DNA from: Lama glama
Taxonomy: Eukaryota
DNA: 64,000 bases
Direction: 5' to 3'
NCBI GenBank assembly: GCA_028534125.1
Contig: CM052817.1
Span: 99,078,001 to 99,142,000 of the forward strand
Shown in pieces: positions 41,441-54,612 of this stretch (the stretch's first letter is position 1; every line of letters starts with the position of its first letter). The notes beneath the pieces are model-generated. The model was not told the origin of the DNA. It searched no databases and saw nothing but the letters and a program-made list of their open reading frames with translations. Both the position numbers and the translations under genes were made by a program.

Positions 41441-44400
41441 AAAGCATCTCTCCAATATCTGGTTAGGGAACAATAATCCCTGACAAAAGTAAACAACAGC
41501 TTTAAGAAAGAGAGAGTGTCCAGAAGCAGCACAACAGAAGAACAAGCAGGAGGTCACAGAATTGTGACAGAGTAGTGACCTAAGTGTATTTAAGGAAGAA
41601 GAGGTAAACCAGAGGTCACAACAAATAGGTGTTTAATTTTAAATAAACATATGAAAAATGAGAGAGGACTATAATCTATATTTAACAAAATTTAAGTCAC
41701 TTCTAGTCACTTTACACCGTCCTAACAAAAGTTGTATTAATAACGGAGAGCATACTTTTGTGATAGAGAATTTGGAACCCCATCAGCGGTTTGTTCAGCT
41801 TGCCTAAGTCACAACTGACTGGACACAGTCCCTGTGGGCATGCCATTTCATCCAGACTGGACGGTTCATTAGTCATAATTACTATAACTGTACAGCAGAG
41901 ACTGCAGTTTTATCTCATCACACATCTTTGATCAAGCTGCTTCAATTTCTGCTTCATCAGCGTATGAAGTTACGTTATTGGAGATTTTATTTTCAATCGG
42001 TGATTACCACAGATTATGCTTTTTCCCAAAGCATCTAGTTGGTCTCCACATTTAGTAGTAAGGGCTCAGATCTGACCACCATTTGACCTCTGATACTTCA
42101 AAACCACCTAAACACCATGAATCATCAGCTGAAATCCAGAATGTTAGAGAGAAAATTAAACAAAGAAAAGAACTGACCTGTGTTAAAAGCATAAGATGAC
42201 TGCACTTATTGGAATTGAGACTAACCATATTTGCTGCAGTTCCTCATTAAACATTAAATCGCACGCCAGAAGAACACATCATACATATTTATTGTTTTGC
42301 ACTGTCACTTTCAAAAGACTCATATCACAATTAGCGCTTCTCTCAGACTGTAAGCTACATAAAGAAATTTCCCATGAAGCTTGAAGACAAAATCATGTAG
42401 AAGATTGTACAAGAAGGTTAAAGAACAGATGGATAATAGATTTCACTGCACACTAAAGCATAACACACTTACTTTAGAAAGGAAAATGTTGCCAAAACAT
42501 GGTTCAAATGCAAAATGCTGAATGAAATTGATGTGTCAGGAATTTTTTTTTCCCCAAATTCTCCTGGAGAACAATAGGGGCCAAAAAGCCTGTCTCACAA
42601 TTTTTGTGTCTCGCTATTTTCATGTGCAAAGTGTCCCCACTGTAGGCTGCATGAACAATCATAATCGACAGTTACATGCAGGCACTGAGGCTGCAAAAAT
42701 CCCAGAGTAATTAGTGTTGTCTGAATGCAATGACATCTGTGTTCTCATGGTTCTCAAGACATGTCAGGCCAATAAGATGTATACGGAAAAATATGACAAG
42801 CATTGCAAATGCCCTTCTGAAAGGTCTTACACTTTGGGGGAAAACTGAAGAAATCACACATGTCACGTTTTTGTAAGCAACATATTTAAGATTAAAAGAT
42901 CTAAAAAGATCTTTTGAGTTATTCATTCTCTTTTTGTAACTAGAAAGCAGTTATTCAGAAAACAGCATTGCAGTAGGGGGAAAAAAAACTCTGCTGCACG
43001 TTTGCCTCTTTGTAAAACTTTCTTAACACACGTGATTCTGTGCATTGGTCATGATGCGCCTATTTCTGTAGTTAACAAAACAGGGAGCACATCTTAATAA
43101 CATTGCTTGATCTCTTAATATTTTAATTCGAAAATAGTATCTCTTACTTCTGGAGATAAAGCAGCTTAAAATGTGTTCTTAAATGCCTTAGAATTATGTT
43201 TGCATTTGACTAATAATAGAGACTGTCAGATTGATTGCATTGAAAGGCCTTTGTTTTAGGACACCTAATGCTTTGCTGAGTGCTGCCTACTGCCAAGCCC
43301 TCGCTCTCTAGGCTGTAGCAGTATGTTGGAGCATGCACTTGCTCCAAGAAAGACATTAGTCATCATTAACAGAAGCACTGACACCAAATCTAAGTGCCTC
43401 TCCACAATGACCAAGTGGCAATCATCTTTCTCTTACACTGTCACTGCTGATTAGGATTTTCTTTCATGAAAATTTAATTTGTCCCCTCTTTCTTCAGCTT
43501 TTTTTTATTTCGGGAAAGAAAAAAATCCAACAATACTGTAGTCAGGAAAGATTTCAAAGACAGCAAAAGAAGCCCCACCTATGATATGGCTAACAATAGA
43601 AAGATTACAAGATTCTCAGCTAAATATTTTATCTAATCCAACAGAAAAACACAGATTAAGTTAATTACTAATAAACAATAGGAGGTGAAACAATGACTCT
43701 AAAAAGATCTTGCTTTAAGAATCTGTAAGCCTCAAAAGATGACTAATGCAGGATTTTGGAATAAAATTTCTCCAAATATTAATTACATCATCTCAAAGCT
43801 TCTTTAAAACTAAGTCTATAGTAGTTCAATAGTAGCCATCTTTTACTACATTTCAAATTTGTATTCTTTTGTTTTCTTAAAAAAAGGGTTATTCACATAG
43901 ACATATCACTATGAACTTAAAATATTTAAGCACACAGACTCTCAGTAAGCACTAACCAGTTGGTTAGTTTTTTAAAAACGGGGGTGGGGGTAGAATTTTC
44001 AGCTGCATGGGACAAATGAAAATGACTCACGGGGTCATGCAGGGTCCTCCCAGCTAGATGATACCACAGACCTAACTCTGGTTCTGTACAGTATCACAGT
44101 GTTAAACAAGATATCACGGCGATAAGCTATTTAAGGAAGTTTTAAAAAACATTTACTTTTCTGTTTTACTTCAATTTGTTTAAAGTTTTCAAAAAATGTA
44201 AGCATGTGATAGTTTGCAAGGATCCTGGTACAACCCAAACTCTCACTTCTAGTTATAAATATTATCTTCTTTATATTACTTACATTTTGAACAAAACAGA
44301 GATTGGTTCAAATTTAAAATAGCTCTCAATTATTTTATATCCCTTTAAGAACATGCGCACTTTTTAGACAAAACCTGTTACATTTTTGTTTATGTGGGCA

Positions 44401-46793
44401 TGAATTGTACCTATCTTTAAATACAAATATTTGAATGAAATGCTTTTTAAAAAAAAGAAAAGCCTCATTTCTTTTAAAATTCAGAAGCAATCATAATTCA
44501 TCAAACTCTAATCATTAAATGTTCAGTTCCTGACTATTTTACTGTGAAAAGTAATATAAAACGAATTTGAAGGTCAAATAGCAACTGCTTAGTGGCTAAT
44601 ACATCACATTTACAAATGGCTCAAGTTTTTTCTACTTAAAATTGGTCTGCAGTTAAAACAGTTAAGAGGAGATTAGGAATTAAAAAGGATTTTGAAAGGT
44701 AATTTCTTCCTTTTTTTTAAGTGCAATTTGTTTATTTGAAGAGAGGTAATTTCTAACTGCTGAAATTTTGTTAAGTTCAGGGATATCGTGATTAAATAAG
44801 GATCTAGTCTAAATTAAAAGTGAAACTCTACAATAATCATCTAACTTAATTACACTTGCAGAATATCTTTACAAATGATTGGCTCCTTTCTTTATCTCTT
44901 AACTATGTGAAGATGCTCCTTAAATTCTCAAGAGCTGAAAAGGAAAACTCTGATTTTCAGAGTTGCAGAGACTTATCCAAATTACAACTTCAAAAACTTA
45001 ACCACCATATAATTACTGACTCTATCGCTAGATCCAGGACATGTTCAAGTAGAGAAGTTTAGCTCTAGAACTTCCGCCCCTCAACCCAAACATCCAAGTC
45101 ACTTGTCAGTTAAAGGTTGGGCGATTTATTGACCGCCTCTGGATGCATACTGTCAGTGCTGAAGGAAATATGAGAGAGGGTTGTCGCTGCTGTTCTGGAG
45201 CTCATTGATAATGACATACCTGCCTCTGTCACCCATTATCCATACTACAAACTACTTAGACCTAACTGAAAAATCAATAGCCTACTTGCACTGGTTCCTG
45301 TGGCTGCCTCCTTTGATTGTCAGCTTCTGTCTAGGGTCAGCACTTACATGAAAGGGGCTGTGACTGCCTGATGCTTTCAGGACAACCTAACGATATGAAA
45401 CTAGCCAACAGAACAGTAAATTCTGTCTCTCTGCCCTCCTCATCAATTAGGCTTTGACTAGGCTTGCCTGTAGAAACCTGACCTTTTAAGTTTGGGTGAA
45501 TATGGACTAGCTGAACACACCATTGCCCTCAGCACTGAGCCAGGAAATCTACTGACAGGTTAAACAAAACAGAAGGTTGTAACTGTCATAATTTGCATTG
45601 CACTTTCACGCCAACAAGGGTGTTATCAGTAGGGGCAAGCCCTGGAACACACAACTCCAGCACCCTTAAGCCATGCTACTCATAAATTTTCAAGTGAAGT
45701 GAGATAAAGCATAAATTCACAAATAGTAATGCATTTCTCATCTCTTAGTCTTTCAGTTTTGCACTTTGCAAACCCACAGAGTGTCCATCAACAACTCTCT
45801 CGGTGGTCACCTGGCATGCCTATTGCATTAATGAGAGACTTGCAAAGAACACAGCACAGAAGTGAAAATAACTCCAACTATGCCCATTGAAAAGCTATTT
45901 TAAAGAGAATTTATAATACGGCAGACAGATTGATTGATCTGTATCTCAAAATGTGAACAATTAGATCTCAATATGTTGTCTTTTCCTGTCTCGCTTCCCT
46001 CCCTACAAAAATATCCACCAGCTTAGACAAATAATAAGTTATCGTATAAGTGAAAGGAGGTGTTGAAATTATTTCCTACCATGCTACTCTGATACAGCAT
46101 CCTTTACAGTTTGAGAGAAAACTAAGAACATCTGTAAAATAAAAAGATGTTAACACTTTTATGCTTGTCAGATCTTCTGATGAAAACAAGTGAAAAGCAT
46201 GAGAAAGTAGTACGAGACTTTAGTGACTCATGTTTTGAAAACCATTTCCCTGCTTGGATCTATCTGTTAACACAACATGAATATGGTAGTAGTATAGTTG
46301 CCTAAAGCTATGTCATTTCTCTAAAGAGAAGACCAAACATTCCTTTTTCGTAAAGTTAATTGTGAACTTGAAATTTTATTTGGCTACAAGAATTAATATT
46401 TAAAGAATATCTATTCTTAATGAAAATAACAGAAACACTGAAAGTCAACAGTTTGAGAAAAACTTTGAACACACCTTTAAATACATACTCTTTTCCTATA
46501 TATACAAGAAAACATAGCCTGTTTCGTTTCTATGTCTTCGGGATCCAGCTCCTCTTAAGCAGTAATAAGTATACTCTTAGAATTTATTCCAACTTGCTAG
46601 TTAGTTGTCCCTCATCGCTGTCTCCGATCTATAATTTGCATTTTCCTTAAGTCTAAAATATGCAACATAAGCATTTTAAGATTATTATTTTCTATTATTT
46701 TTTCTATTGTAAACTTTCATATATTAGAACAGCACTGAAATTCTAAATTTGTGCAGATTTCTGATTTCAAATCAACTAATAAAGATATACACA

Positions 46794-46945
46794 AGGGGGA
46801 GAGTCTAGCTCAGTGGTAGAGTCTGTGCTTAGCATGCGCAAGGTCCTGGGTTCAATCCCCAGGACAACCATTTTAAAAATAAATAAATAAACCTAATTAC
46901 ATTCTCCAGCAAAATAAAAAAAAGTAAATAAATAATTTTTTTAAA
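46794..46945 (+). mobile_element. tRNA-derived SINE (camelid-like family)
   Basis: A box TAGCTCAGTGG, B box GGTTCAATCCC, A-rich tail, 13-bp TSD AAAGATATACACA (46781-46793 / 46946-46958). Confidence 0.9.
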
Positions 46946-49900
46946 AAAGATATACACAGCAACATTAGACATGTTACAGTAGGAAGTTACAGATTTCTGT
47001 ATCTAGAAGAGGCAGAAAAAAAACCTCATCTATCTCCCCATTTAACAATTGAGAAAATAGTGAGCAGAGATAGTGACTTGATCAAGGTCACTCACACAGT
47101 TTGTAGGCAAGCTAGGACAAAAATTCAGGGCTTTTTTCCCTCTAGACTAATGCTCTTTAGTACTATCATACCGTCTCCCTTTTATCTTATCTAGGCAGGT
47201 AAGCTATGTGACAGCAGCAACTTTGTATTTTTTTTTAAATACATAATTTTGTATCATTCATTTTTAACTGAAGCTACAATTTACAGAAAGTTTTGATTCA
47301 TTTGCAGAAAAGATTAGATTTGTAGAGTATTTAACCAACAAGGTCCTACAGCACAAGTAACTATTGGAAACAGAAGATCTAATTAAGTATGGTTGGAAAC
47401 CTTCACTTATCTAATATGATGATTAACTGTGCATCTGGTGGCCTTTCAGGTCCTTTGTGTGTACCTATCTGATAGCAAAGTGAAAGGGCATGGATAGTGT
47501 CTGGTCCCAGCAAGCAAATCATTTGGAAACAGTCACAGCCATAGATCAAAGATTTTTCACTCTATCTAGGCTGATTTAAACCTACTAACCCAGGTTTTGT
47601 CTATAGCAAAACTAGTCAGAAAATAAGAGAATGACTCTTTAGGATTCAAAGATAATAAGGGTAGAGAGAAAGGGAAAATTCAGAAAAGAAACAGACTGGC
47701 AGAACCTTGATATACATAGGCCAAGACAGATGTTTTATATCCTCGCTTTATTTCAGATGGTTAAAGGCAAAGTTTCCATTCCTTAGATCATCAAATATTA
47801 TTTCATTTATACTACACAGATGTCTTCTATACAGAGATTAGAGCCAATGAAGGATTTTTGTTGTTGTTATTTAACCACTACCAGGAATCAGAGAAACCTC
47901 TCAGCACATCATTTTTACTCTAATCCACAATGTTTAACTGAACAAACAGGCTAGATTTTTTAACATTTTCAGCAAAAATAACACAAAATCTATTAAAAAT
48001 TTCTTGTAATCTTAGCAGAAGACTGATGCCAAATTACTACTACTACTACTAATATAGTGGTACTGTGCAGAACCTATATATTTCAAAAGAAACTAAGATG
48101 TTTAAAATGGCTAGTTTTCCTAAAGTGTAACGAAAATTCACCTATGACACGCTTAACTGATCATTTTAAACATAAGTCCACAAAATGTTTCACATGACCC
48201 GAAAGAAATATAGAGCGTAATGCCAGTCTTTTATTTTGAACTAAGCCACGGCTCAGTACTGCCATAACCTACATCCCTAATCTCAATCATCTGTTCCGTA
48301 AACGTCTGGCACTGATCACAAGGGAAAGCAGAAATGGGCGTGGGGATGGCTCTAAGACCCCAAGAAGCACATTCTCCATGTGAGTCAGTAGTATCATCTT
48401 ATTAAACAGAGGATACCATATTTTCTTTAAACCATAAGATTTGATGTTTTGAACTGAACTGAATTAGAGTGAAATCAGATTACAGTGAGCCATGAAAGCC
48501 AAAGTTATTAGACATGTAAAATTTAATATTTATCTCAGTACTACATTAATAAGTTCAGACTGTTAAGAAGGAAGGAAAGAAGACAGACAAGACAGAATCT
48601 TATTTGTTTTAACTCTTCAGAACAACTATTTAACTGTATTACAGGAATAAAGGAATGTGATTGCTACAAGTAAAAAATGTGTTAATCTAAAAATGAGAAA
48701 AAGCGAAATGATATCTTGGTAAAGCCAAAAGACACAAGACAGCATAAGTGAAAACATAGTAAATTCAATGAAATACCTTCTGAAAAATACTTGCCAAATT
48801 AACTCAGATTGTCTTAACAGTTCATATCCTAGCTCAATATTACCATAGTATTTACATTTCAGTCAAGCTAAAAGCTGCTTACTTCCACTTTCCTGAACAC
48901 AAGGTTTTTGCTCCATCATTGCACATCTTGTTGATATTAGATTATATATAGCTTAATCATGTACTCATATATACAGATGGTATTCAACTTGGGGAAAAAA
49001 CAAACAGCTATTGTACTTTCAATTTTTTCAACCTACTAAACTACACAAGAATCAGACTTGTAAAAATTTAATAGGTATAAGCATCACTAATCAAATATAT
49101 TATCCAAGGTAACCCAAACAAACTTAATCCCACAAAACAATACTCAAAAGTACACAGAAGCATTTATTTTTCAGCACAGTTTGAGGCTTGCTATACAAAA
49201 TTAAAACTATTGCCTTGACCTGACAGAACATTAAGTTCAAACTGTTCAAATGAGAACAATACCCTTGGGTTACCAATCAAAGAGATTACAAGGTTTCGAG
49301 GGTTTTTATAAGGCTATTTTGTGAAAGAAATTTTAAAAAAAAACCCAACAACTTGTCTTAATAGCATGATTGACTATATAAAATTAATAGGCACTACAGT
49401 GAACTGTTCAAAGAAAAAATTCAAGTACTAATTATTCTCTCGATTATCAATAGTTTTGAAACAATATGATACTTAGGGGCTTTGGAAAATTAGAACATTT
49501 GACAGAGAATGAAGGAGAATGTGGTTTTATTTTGACTTTTAGTACAATGTGGATGCTATTTTTCTGACAGTTGCTTTTGTTAAAGCTTCTTACAGATATT
49601 TTAATATAACTCCTTCAATGAAATTTCATCAACACTAATGAACTGTGTCTGGGTTATTTATTTTTCTTTCTGTTTTTACTGGAATAGTTTTTAAATTCAG
49701 AGAATTTAATAGCTATTTATTTCCCCTTTTACATTTTGACCCTCCCAAAAGAATTTTCTTTTTAAAAAAATCAAGAATTTTTTTAAATACATTGAATGAT
49801 TAATTATACAAGAGCCAAACACTTAGCAACTGCATAGATGTTTTAAAGTTAGATTTTAGAGGATAAGAATACATACAGGTAAAATGTGGTCCTTTGTGTT

Positions 49901-50746
49901 CCGAAAAGTATAAATCCAGAGAGTTGATTTTTTAATGTCAATAATCTGATTATTTTTGAATAATTCTAAATGTTTTCCCAGAAAACAAAATCATATAACT
50001 GAAAATCTGTACACTCTTTAGGAAAGATTATTGAAATACTGTATGTTATTCTACAGATAATAAATTAATGGACATCTTTTAGGCCCCAGTGATATGATAA
50101 AGTAAAAGCTGCACTGAAGTTTAACTCAGTAAGCACATTTCTAAGTAAAGATCAGCAAAAAATAAAACAGTTTAAGGATTCTGTATTCTCTGGAAATGTA
50201 AACAGGATTATAACTGTCAGATGTACAGAAGCACTGACTTCAGCCATTAGTTTGGTTTTGCTTCTGAGAAACACAACATGAACTACTGAATCATTTCTTT
50301 TCAAATCCATACATTCCCTGCAGCAGTTCGAGCTTCATCAGCAGTGCAGGAATGTATAAAAATGACAGGCAAAGAGCATTAGCTTTCTTTTTTCTCTCAT
50401 ACTGTTTGCCTATAAATGGAAGACAGAGTTCTTTCTCAAAGCACTTAAGCTGAGGCTGTTTAAGTCAATTGCTGAAGGAAAATATGACTGAATTCTCTAT
50501 GCAAGAAAGTACCACAATTGGATAAACTGAGAATAATCAAGTACTGTATTCTTATTAGCTTAGAATAAAATATTAAAAGATTTAGCATTCTAGCTTAATT
50601 GTCCATTATTCTTCAATTAGAAATATTCTCTGTTTTTTAAGTATTTTGTCAGCTCATCACCTTATTTTAGCACCATTCATAGAGTACCTGGTTCTGCTTC
50701 TAAGTTTAAAAATAACAAGGCCCTCAAATTAAAATACACAAATTTT

Positions 50747-50853
50747 GAAAACAAATATATGTAACATGTCTATGCATGACTGGGACATTGTGCTGTACAT
50801 CAGAAACTGACACATTGTAACTGACTATACTCAATTAAAAAAAAAAGAATCAC
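50747..50853 (+). mobile_element. 5'-truncated L1 3' end with poly(A)
   Basis: Same family motif; TSD TAAAATA(C/T)ACAAATTTT (50730-50746 / 50854-50870). Confidence 0.8.
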
Positions 50854-52079
50854 TAAAATATACAAATTTTCTTTTGAAAAGATTATATGTGTATAAATAG
50901 TCAATCTTTTTATTTCCAAGTTTCTGTAGCCGTAAGTGTTTCACTGAAAGAGGAAATTCAATTAATAATTAAAAGTTTCTTTAACCATGATCAAGTAAAA
51001 ATAGGATCTAATGTATAATCTGGCTACTCTTCTGTATCTTAAACATTCACATTTTCAAACACTGGTACAGTAATTGCTATAACTTGACTCAATTTTTTTA
51101 AGGAAATGGGAACTTTTCAGACTAAAGTTTAAACATACATTTTTTTAGTTTATAGTAATTAAAAACATGCCCACCTCAGTATCTACAGTCTCATAAAATG
51201 TTCCCAGTGTAATGATGAGGAAGGTAAATCCTAGATAAATCTGAAGGTTATGGACTACATGAAATTCAAAACAAAACACTCAAATCACATCCTGAATGTC
51301 CTCTTTCTCTTTTTAGGAAGGTCTGTAGCCAGCCCAACATGATAGGTCTGGGCAGAAGCACGCTGATGTTGGCACTGCCTAAACCAAACAAACAAGATGT
51401 TTAACAGTCAAATAAAATGTCCTGCAGCCTCCCTAATGAATTTGTCAAGGACCATCAGATTTCACTCCCCCTCTTTTGCCTCATTAACTCAAGTATGATG
51501 AGACGGATTATAACAAGAGAATACAGATCAATCGGTCTGAAGACTTGAAGTGGCTTTTAGCCTCTAGAGTTTCTTTCTCTCACTTGGTCTCCTTTAATAG
51601 AATACGGTATCTCCTGCAGAAGGGGCTGCCACTTCGTTTTAATACACCATCAAGGAGCTGCTGATGGACTTCTATACTAACATACATAAAAGCAGAGGTG
51701 ACAGGGGCTCTTCAATTACAGCCTCCTCGGATACCGTTTCCCCCTTCAATTATTCAACCAGAGGAAGAGCGGATCCGCAAACACACAGCTGAAGCAGCTC
51801 TTAGAGCAGAGGCAGCCAGAGTGAGTTGGGGTGGGGGAGGGGGAAGGAAGAGAACTGGCGAGAGGGAGCATTATTTGCTGGAAGTGTTTAAGTTTATTGC
51901 TCAAATGATGTTTCTAATTAGTACCATGGCAATAAATTAAAGTCGCCTTTGTTTAACTGATTTATTATTTACTAGAGCATCTACCCTGGACAGGGTAAAT
52001 TGGTAATGAATTGTTTTTAAATCAAAACATTTGTAACGTTTTATCATCCCTCAGCCTCAGTAGGTAAAAGTGCAGAAAC

Positions 52080-52760
52080 GAGGGGACAAGGGTGGGACGA
52101 AACTTGGTCGTGCCTGACAGAGCCGGGAGGAGAGGAGAAGTGGGGTGTCGGGCGAGTGGTGGTGCGAAGATCCGCGCCGCTTGGGCCGCCCCACCCGAGA
52201 AGAGAGCGCGCGGGCCCAGGCGCGGAGGAGGGACGACACCGTGGTCACCCCCGGGGCTTTCTGTAAACGCTGCCAGGAGCCCGGGCCGGCAGCTCCACGC
52301 GCGAGGCCTCAGCCGCTCCCCGACCAGGGGCGATGAAGTGGTGGCCACCCTGAGGGTCCGGGAGGGAAAGCTCCGCACCCTCTAGCCCCGCCACAAGTCT
52401 CCGCCCAATGACTGCCCTCGGAAGAAGCCTCCCCGCATCCTCTACCGGCGGTTCACGAAACTCCCTGCCGCCAAGTGCCCCTCCTGCCCGGAGCGCCGGC
52501 CTGATCTCGCGGCCAATGGCAGGATGGCGGACAGAGTCTGGGCGTCCCACGCGCGCAAAGCCTGCAGGAGCCGGGCCCCCCTCCACCCTCCTGCAGCCCA
52601 GGTCCCGAAGCCAGCCGCACACCCCAAGAAGGCTGGAGCCCACTGGAGCCCACAGCCTCCCCAAGTCTCCGCCACTCCCGAGAAGTCGACTGAAGGTTGC
52701 GTCCCAGAGTTTCGCGGACACTGACTGCCAACTGTTCTTCCCAACTCCTGGCCACTAAAG
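52080..52760. promoter_or_regulatory. CpG island with promoter-like motifs upstream of MAB21L2
   Basis: Abrupt GC/CpG-rich block in an AT-rich intron; GC boxes (52385-52392, 52401-52406) and CCAAT at 52405 and 52513. Confidence 0.85.
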
Positions 52761-54249
52761 ACAGACCCCTGGCAAAAGATCCGACTTGATTAAAAAAGGG
52801 GGGGGGCAAATTTCTTTAGAAAGAGACTTAGGGCAACGAGAGTGAAGGGGTGACAAGATACCAGTGGTCCGCACCAGACATGTAAGAAAGAACCAAGAGA
52901 TCCAAGTGTCTGACATAAAGTACACGATGAAATAAACTTTCCCTACGCAGTTGAATTCATGTTCACCTGGTCCACAAGTCAAGCCCTCCCAGGGGGTTTT
53001 GGTTTTGCAAAAGCCGCATACCGGGTTTTGCAAAATGAAGTCTTCACACGATCGGCTTCATAGATTTTTAGTGTTATTGCATTATCGGAGACTATAATAA
53101 CACGTGTAAAATCTGACGAAAAATATTCCCATCTACTTGATTTGTCTTAAAAAGACTCAGAATCCATCTACCTTAAGTTCAAACACAAACCCTCAATTCT
53201 AAGCAAATCAGAAAAACTGTTACAGGTTTTTCAACCAAAAGTATCTAAAGGCTACAATGGGTACAGCTTGAAAGGATAATACATATACTAAAAGCACATG
53301 CATGAGTTTCATTGAAATGCCAAGGGAAGGAGTGAAGCCATCTGTGTAATCAATAACAGGACAGTTATAGATTTTTGCAGCAGTGAAGTCTTTTAAAAGC
53401 AAGAGTCAATTATGAAAATAAAATGATTTTACAAGTGAAACTCTGTACTGCCTAAAAATATTCAAAATTAGATTTACAATATTAACATTTTAAGAAAACT
53501 TTAACTCAGGTTCACATTTACTTCCCTTCATTTTCATTAAGTTCAAATCAATTTTAGTGGCTTATTTTAATTTAAAAGTATATCCAACAAAATTCTACCA
53601 TATATGAATCTGTACCATTTTCCACAACATAAACATATTTTTCTCTCTCATAACTTGTTAGTCCTCATAACAATAAATAACATTAAATATATCTGAATCT
53701 TAAATATGAAGTAATTATCAAATAAAGTGTTTGGGCAATTTTTGCCCTAAATCGTTTTTCAACAGCATATGGAAATTACTGAAAAGAGATTTATGGTTAT
53801 AAACCCTCACCCCATATCTAGTCCATCCGTGCCCCCCCCCCAAACTAGTGTACATATACAGCAATTGATCTGGCTCTTGTCAACAATGGGAGGGGAGGGG
53901 AAGAAAAGGGAAGAAGATACTGCTGGAGGAGAAAATTTAGAAAAATTTAGGTCCTTTCCCAGATTCCCCTTCCTCCTTCCATTTGCCTTCAAGCAAAAGT
54001 AATTTTGTTAGTTTGCACCTTCCTCACCATGTTGATAGAAAAAAAAAAAGGTGAACCTATCTGAACCACTGCTACTCTCTCTCCAGTCATTCCAGCCATC
54101 TCCAAGTAGTCCCTTCTATATACACTCTTTTTCTTCCTTGCAACTGATAAGAGAGGAGGATAAAGAGGGGGCTGTAAAATGTGTGTGAGCATTTGACTTC
54201 TACTATCTCCTCCTATTTTCTTACTTCAATCTTTACCCCCCTTTCTTTA

Positions 54250-54403
54250 TCAAGTGCAGCGGTGGCTGCTACCGTTTGCCAAGCATGCCTGTCTTCTCTC
54301 TCGGATTGGCTAAAGCACTGACAGCTCGCATAGCGATTGTAGGAACCGAAGCTCCACCCCCTCATGATGGCCCAGGACCATTCATAAACTAAATAACTCC
54401 AGG

Positions 54404-54410
<7 letters not shown>
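54250..54410. promoter_or_regulatory. Probable MAB21L2 proximal promoter (possibly bidirectional)
   Basis: Inverted CCAAT box (GATTGG, ATTGG at 54305-54309), TGACAG and a CCACCC box with local CpGs, immediately before the GA tract, about 1.2 kb upstream of the ATG. The exact TSS cannot be determined from sequence. Confidence 0.55.
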
Positions 54411-54453
<43 letters not shown>

Positions 54454-54612
54454 AGGGAGAGAGAGAAGGAGAGGGAGGGGGGAGAGAAGGGGAGGGAGAC
54501 AGAGGTAGAGAGGGAGGGAGAGAGAGGAAGGGAAGGGGAGAGAAGGAGGGAGGGAGAGGGAGGGAGATTAAGAAGAGGGAAAGAGAGAGAGACATCTGAG
54601 GGGAGGAGGGAG
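54408..54612 (+). repeat. (AG)~18 microsatellite followed by a GA-rich polypurine tract
   Basis: Seen directly: perfect AG repeat 54408-54443, then GGGAGA/GGGA variants. Confidence 0.95.

Noticed and set aside
32989..46945. tRNA-like sequences at ~33.0, 38.9 and 46.8 kb as tRNA genes
   Set aside because: Degenerate stems, A-rich tails and TSDs identify them as SINEs.
52022..52809. Cluster of 60-158 aa ORFs on both strands
   Set aside because: Stop-codon scarcity in a CpG island; Arg/Pro/Gly/Ala-rich with no recognisable domain.
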